The notes beneath the pieces were generated by a model that saw nothing but the letters and a program-made list of their open reading frames with translations, was not told where the DNA came from and did not search any database. This document shows, piece by piece, positions 59,371-64,000 of a stretch of 64,000 nucleotides of DNA. The position numbers and the translations under genes are program-made. Numbering within the stretch: the first letter of the stretch is position 1; every line of letters starts with the position of its first letter. This stretch comes from Paraspadella gotoi (Eukaryota > Animalia > Chaetognatha), in contig CM119264.1 of assembly GCA_051294375.1 (NCBI GenBank), forward strand, positions 20,858,438 through 20,922,437, read 5' to 3'.

Positions 59371-61894
59371 GTCAGACAACTTTTTCTTTTTTTTTTCTCA
59401 TTCTGTTTTGTCGGTTTTTAGAGTCGAATGAAGTCTTTCTTTCTTTTTCCTAGGTTTTTATCTCGCCAGACAGACCAAACCCGTCTTAGCGAGATAAAGC
59501 GAAAGCAAGGCTTCTTTGTGTCGTCGCTATTGTGTTATCATGGCTATTTAAAGTGTGATATCATAGGGAGTTAAAAATTTTGATATGGCTTCTAATCATT
59601 AAGATCTTTGAAATTGTCATTTTTCATATCAATAATCGTATTTGTTTATGTTTTATTTACAAAACAAAAACGTTTTAGATTATTGATATGAAAAATGACA
59701 ATTTCAAAGATCTTAATGATTAAAAGCCATATCAAAAATTTTAACTCCCTATGATATCACACTTTAAATAGCCATGATAACACAATAGCGACGACACAAA
59801 GAAGCCTTGCTTTCGCTTTATCTCGCTAAGACGGGTTTGGTCTGTCTGGCGAGATAAAAACCTAGGAAAAGAAAGAAAGACTTCATTCGACTCTAAAAAC
59901 CGACAAAACAGAATGAGAAAAAAAAAGAAAAAGTTGTCTGACCGCGTGACATTGCAATCTCTTTTTATCGAAACACTTGGCGGGACGATCTTGACATTCA
60001 GAGAATTTGACGCCTTCTTTCAACTGATACGCGAAGTCACAGTTGAAGTCGTCGACTTCGATTTTGACATCGAGATCCGGGGGAAGGCAATATCTGAACA
60101 TCGTGATATTGACCAACTTGGCCCCTGAGGAAATAAAAATAAGTTGGAGTATAAGAGATACCACAGTTACTTTTTTCCAGACTCTTTTTCGCTTTATTAG
60201 TATTGGCACAACTAAAAAAAGAGCCTTAATATGTTTTTTTGGTTCAGCTCACCGGTCTGGGAGTGTTAAGCTTGCAACTGAAAGCGGCGTTTAGTCGAAG
60301 ATTCTCAAAGTTGTACTGTATAGACTGCATGCTCTCGGTCTCGTTGGTTTCTGGGAGCCCTGGACTCTCCGTGTCGTCTTGAAAGTCCGCGTTCAATCCT
60401 AAGTGATACAGTACCGGTCTTGGCTTTCCTTCATAAGTCCAGGGAAGCTATATCTTCTATAATAATGAATGGAATGACTTGATATGCATGTGTGGGATGG
60501 AACTCCGTATGGTCTATTCCCCATTCTATATTTCAAAAAAAATTTTTGAAGTTTTGTTTTGAGCATCATTTTTAAACAAAATTTAATTTGCATACTGTGC
60601 TCAAAATACTTGAACGATATAATTTTTTTTCTCAGTAAAAATTAATCTAACATTACTTGGTCTAATGGTAAAGTGTTAGGCTGAAAAACAATAATTATTT
60701 ATTAATTTATGCATAGTTGCTAATTATAATAATTAGCTTATTATTTATTTTTATTTATTACTTCAACTTTTTATTATAGAAATTAATAGTTGATTGATAG
60801 GCAATTTTATTCCTGTAATCAAATTATAATTTGTTTTATTATTAACTAAATAGTGTTTTTATTATATTACTACACAAATATGATTTTTTGTTAAATAATA
60901 TTTTTTTAAAAAAATTATGCCAAACTATTGGTGAAATGTCACTGATTACAAATATATAAATTTTTTTAAATTTGGATAATCCCTTAACGAAATACAGTCC
61001 CAAAAAGCCCTAAAAATGGTTAAAAACACCTATTTTTTAAACCTTTCTAAAAACTGCAATAATGCGAATTTTCAACTCAAACTTTGTAAGGTATATAAAA
61101 TTGGTAGTATTTTATTGCCTGAAAAAATTAGAGATGTAGTAATAATTTTATCTAACTATACAGATTAAATAGGGAGACGTACTAAGAAATTCAGGTAATT
61201 TTAAATTTTGCTGAGGTCGTCTAATTTTTCTCGATATTTTATCGTCACTTTCCCTTTTTCTTTCCCCCTTTCTTTTTTCTCCTTTTTTTGCCCTTTGCTT
61301 TTGCCTTTTCCTTTTTTTTGCCCTTTCATGCAATAATATATATTACATTTAGCTAAAAATAAATAATCCCTCTTATTTTACTTTTTCTCTCTTTTTCTTT
61401 CCCTCTTTAAAATTAACAAAGAAGCAAATGAAATAAAACGATGAATGAAAAAATGAATAAAAAACCAAATAAAAAATTATTTTAAAAAATTTAAAAATTA
61501 ATAATAGAAGGAACGAATCTTAAAAAAGACATATAAAAAGAATAATGATGATATACTTTTTTAATTAAACTGAAAAATATATTTATTAATCAATAAATAT
61601 TTTGATCAATCGATAAATCAACCAGTCTATCAATAAATTAAAATTCATATTTATATTATGGTCAATGACAATTGGTCATAGTTTATGAAAGACTAACACA
61701 GAAAACAAGCTTTAAGAACTAACAACTACAAAATAATGGGGAATAGAAGAAGTAGAGAAAGAAAAAGAGAAAGCAAAAGAGAGAAAAAGAAAACAAAATA
61801 TAGAATTAGAATTTGATGGTATCCTTTCGTTTCGTTGTGTTATGAGATTAGCAAAAATATTTGTTTTGTTACAACAATTTTATTTGACATAAAG

Positions 61895-61935
61895 AATAGA
61901 CATGTTTCGACTCTGTTTCAAGTCTTTATCAGCGC
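61895..61935 (-). ncRNA. Degenerate hammerhead motif (G8A)
   Basis: Reverse complement CTGATAA-A-GACTT/GAGTC-GAAACATG-TC; paralog of 19292-19333. Confidence 0.55.
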
Positions 61936-63495
61936 ATTCAAGAGCCAGAGTTAAAAAGAAATACCATTAAATACTTTATTTTGTTTTAAATCTTGATATT
62001 TTAAATTTAAAGTTAAATTATAAAATTAACCGATCTTAACGGTTAACCGTTAAAATGTTAGTTTTAACGGTAAGCGAATTTCCTAAAAAATTAACGGTTA
62101 TCGGAACTCTAGTGGAGACAGTTATTAAATATGTTTTGTTTACGTTTTATCAAACAAAAATTTTCTCTCTTTTATTTTTATGTCTCCTTCTCAGTCTCTT
62201 TTCTCTTTTAATTATATGTAGCTCTCTCTGTCTTTTCCCAGTCACTGATTCATCGGGAAAAAAACGAGTCTGGCAGCTGGCTCAGCAGGGGGTTTTTCTT
62301 TTTCTCTCTTTTCTTCTGCTGCTGCCTTTTGATTTCTTTCTTTTTATTTTTATGTCTCCTTCTCTCTCTCTTTCTCTCTTTTCCCAGGCTGATTCATCGG
62401 AAAAACAAACGAGTCTGCAGCTGGCTCTGCAGGGGCTTTTTCTTTTTCTCTCTTTTCTCCTGCTGCTTCTTGCTTCTCTGCTTCTCTCTCTCTCTCTCTC
62501 TCTGCGTTTTTATTAAACATCGCAACATCGGGTTTTATTTCGTTCTTTCTTCTCGTCACTCTCTCTTTATTTTTATTTTTCTTTCTTTCTTCTATTCTTT
62601 CTTTTCTCTATTCTTTCTTCTTCTATTCTTTCTTTCCTTTCTATTCTTTCTTTCCTTTCTATTTTTTCTTTCCTTTCTATTTTTCTTTCCTTTCTATTCT
62701 TTCTTTCCTTTCTATTCTTTCTTTCCTTTCTATTCTTTCTTTATATTTATTCTTTTCTTCTTTTTCTTTCTGTTTATAAATTAATTTCTTTTCTCAATTT
62801 TGATTTTTTTAGTATCAAAATTTGTCGTCAATCCATATTTTTCTTTTATATCTCTTTGTTTCTTTTTTCCTTCATTCTCTTTCTCTCTCTCTCTCATTCT
62901 CTCTGTGTGTGTCTCTCTATCTCCTTATCTTCTTTCTCTCTCTCTCTCCCATTCCTACTCTCTCTCTCCCATTCCTACTCTCTCTCTTTCGCTCTGACAT
63001 TTTTTTTGTCAGTTGAACTTTGACTCGTGAGACACTGTTCTTTCATTAGGCTAAATTTTTTAATTTTCATTATTTTTGATAGCGTTGGGATCCCAAAAAT
63101 ATTAGGACACCATTTACCCGTATTTTAAAGAGGTTTTTTAGAAAAGTAGAAACAGGCAACTAAAGAATAAAACAAGTTTGAAGCAAACAACATCGGATCT
63201 GCCTACGATAATTTGGTCAACCTGCATAATTTGGTCAACTTGCACAATTTGGTCAACTAAAATGTCATATTACATTTGGATTCAAGTATTTTTTTGTTTG
63301 AATTTCCCTTCATTATGATTTAACTACAATATGCAAATTAGATTATAGTACTGTTCTGGTCTGGCTTTGGTGCAGGAGATACAGACTCGAAACATTCCTA
63401 ATGTAAACAAAAATCGTTGTTATCAAACAAACAAACTTTTTTTTTTTAACTTAGTTCGAAGTTTTTAAAATACATAAGTACTTTTTCATTTTTTT

Positions 63496-63560
<65 letters not shown>

Positions 63561-63917
63561 TTTTTTTTTTNNNNNNNNNNNNNNNNNNNNNNNNNTTTGT
63601 TTATGTTTTATTTACAAAACAAAAACGTTTTAATATATGTCGCTCTCTCTTTCTCTTTCAATTATAAGTCGCTCTCTCTCTTTTTCTCCGTCACTGCTTC
63701 TTTTGATTTGTCTAAAAACGAGTTCCTGCTCTGCAGCATCTGTCCAGCTTCTTTCTCTCTCTCTCTCTTTCTCTTTTTCTCTCTCTCTCTTTTTACAAAA
63801 AAAAATTTGTATATTTTATGGACTCACCAATGTAGAAGACGATGCCGCGAGCAGTTCACCGTCTGTTGCACACAAGGACTTCTCCCTTTTTTTTACTTTT
63901 TTTTTGCTTTTCTTTTG

Positions 63918-63990
63918 TGAAGCAGGGCGCAAACCCGAGTTCTTTGGGTTGGGAAGAGCACGCGCTACCTCCGGCGCCATAGGTACTGCT
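63918..63990 (-). mobile_element. tRNA-derived (SINE-head-like) fragment related to the family A LTR module
   Basis: Reverse complement GGCGCCGGAGGTAGCGCGTGCTCTTCCCAACCCAAAGAACTCGGGTT shares GCCGGAGG..TCCCAACCCAAAG..GGGTT with family A. Confidence 0.5.
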
Positions 63991-64000
63991 GTTTCTTGGA

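Overview
AT-rich, intron-containing eukaryotic (invertebrate-metazoan-like) DNA, dense in microsatellites and non-autonomous transposons, with three N gaps and signs of low-quality gap filling. Almost all ORF-track entries are microsatellite artefacts. Two real genes can be assembled by hand from GT-AG exons: a 3-exon stathmin-domain (STMND1-like) gene on the minus strand (10769-12053), and an incomplete multi-exon gene on the plus strand (41794 to beyond 59370) encoding signal peptide, 2 LDLa, EGF repeats, WSC and a GAIN/REJ-like region (polycystin-1-like or adhesion-GPCR-like). The most striking signal is RNA-level. Two sequence-divergent families of tiny non-coding LTR elements (TRIM-like, 630-670 bp, 4-bp TSD, same TGGTGAGCCC primer-binding site, PPT) carry in each LTR a tRNA-like module followed immediately by a circularly permuted (P5-type) twister ribozyme fold whose P1 is reduced to a 6-nt palindrome. 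These are candidate twister-based LTR retrozymes. The window also holds about 9 minimal type I hammerhead motifs tied to Penelope-like element remnants, hAT-like MITEs with 8-bp TSDs, and DINE-1/Helentron-like repeats. All folds and exon joins were made by eye; no search or folding program was run.
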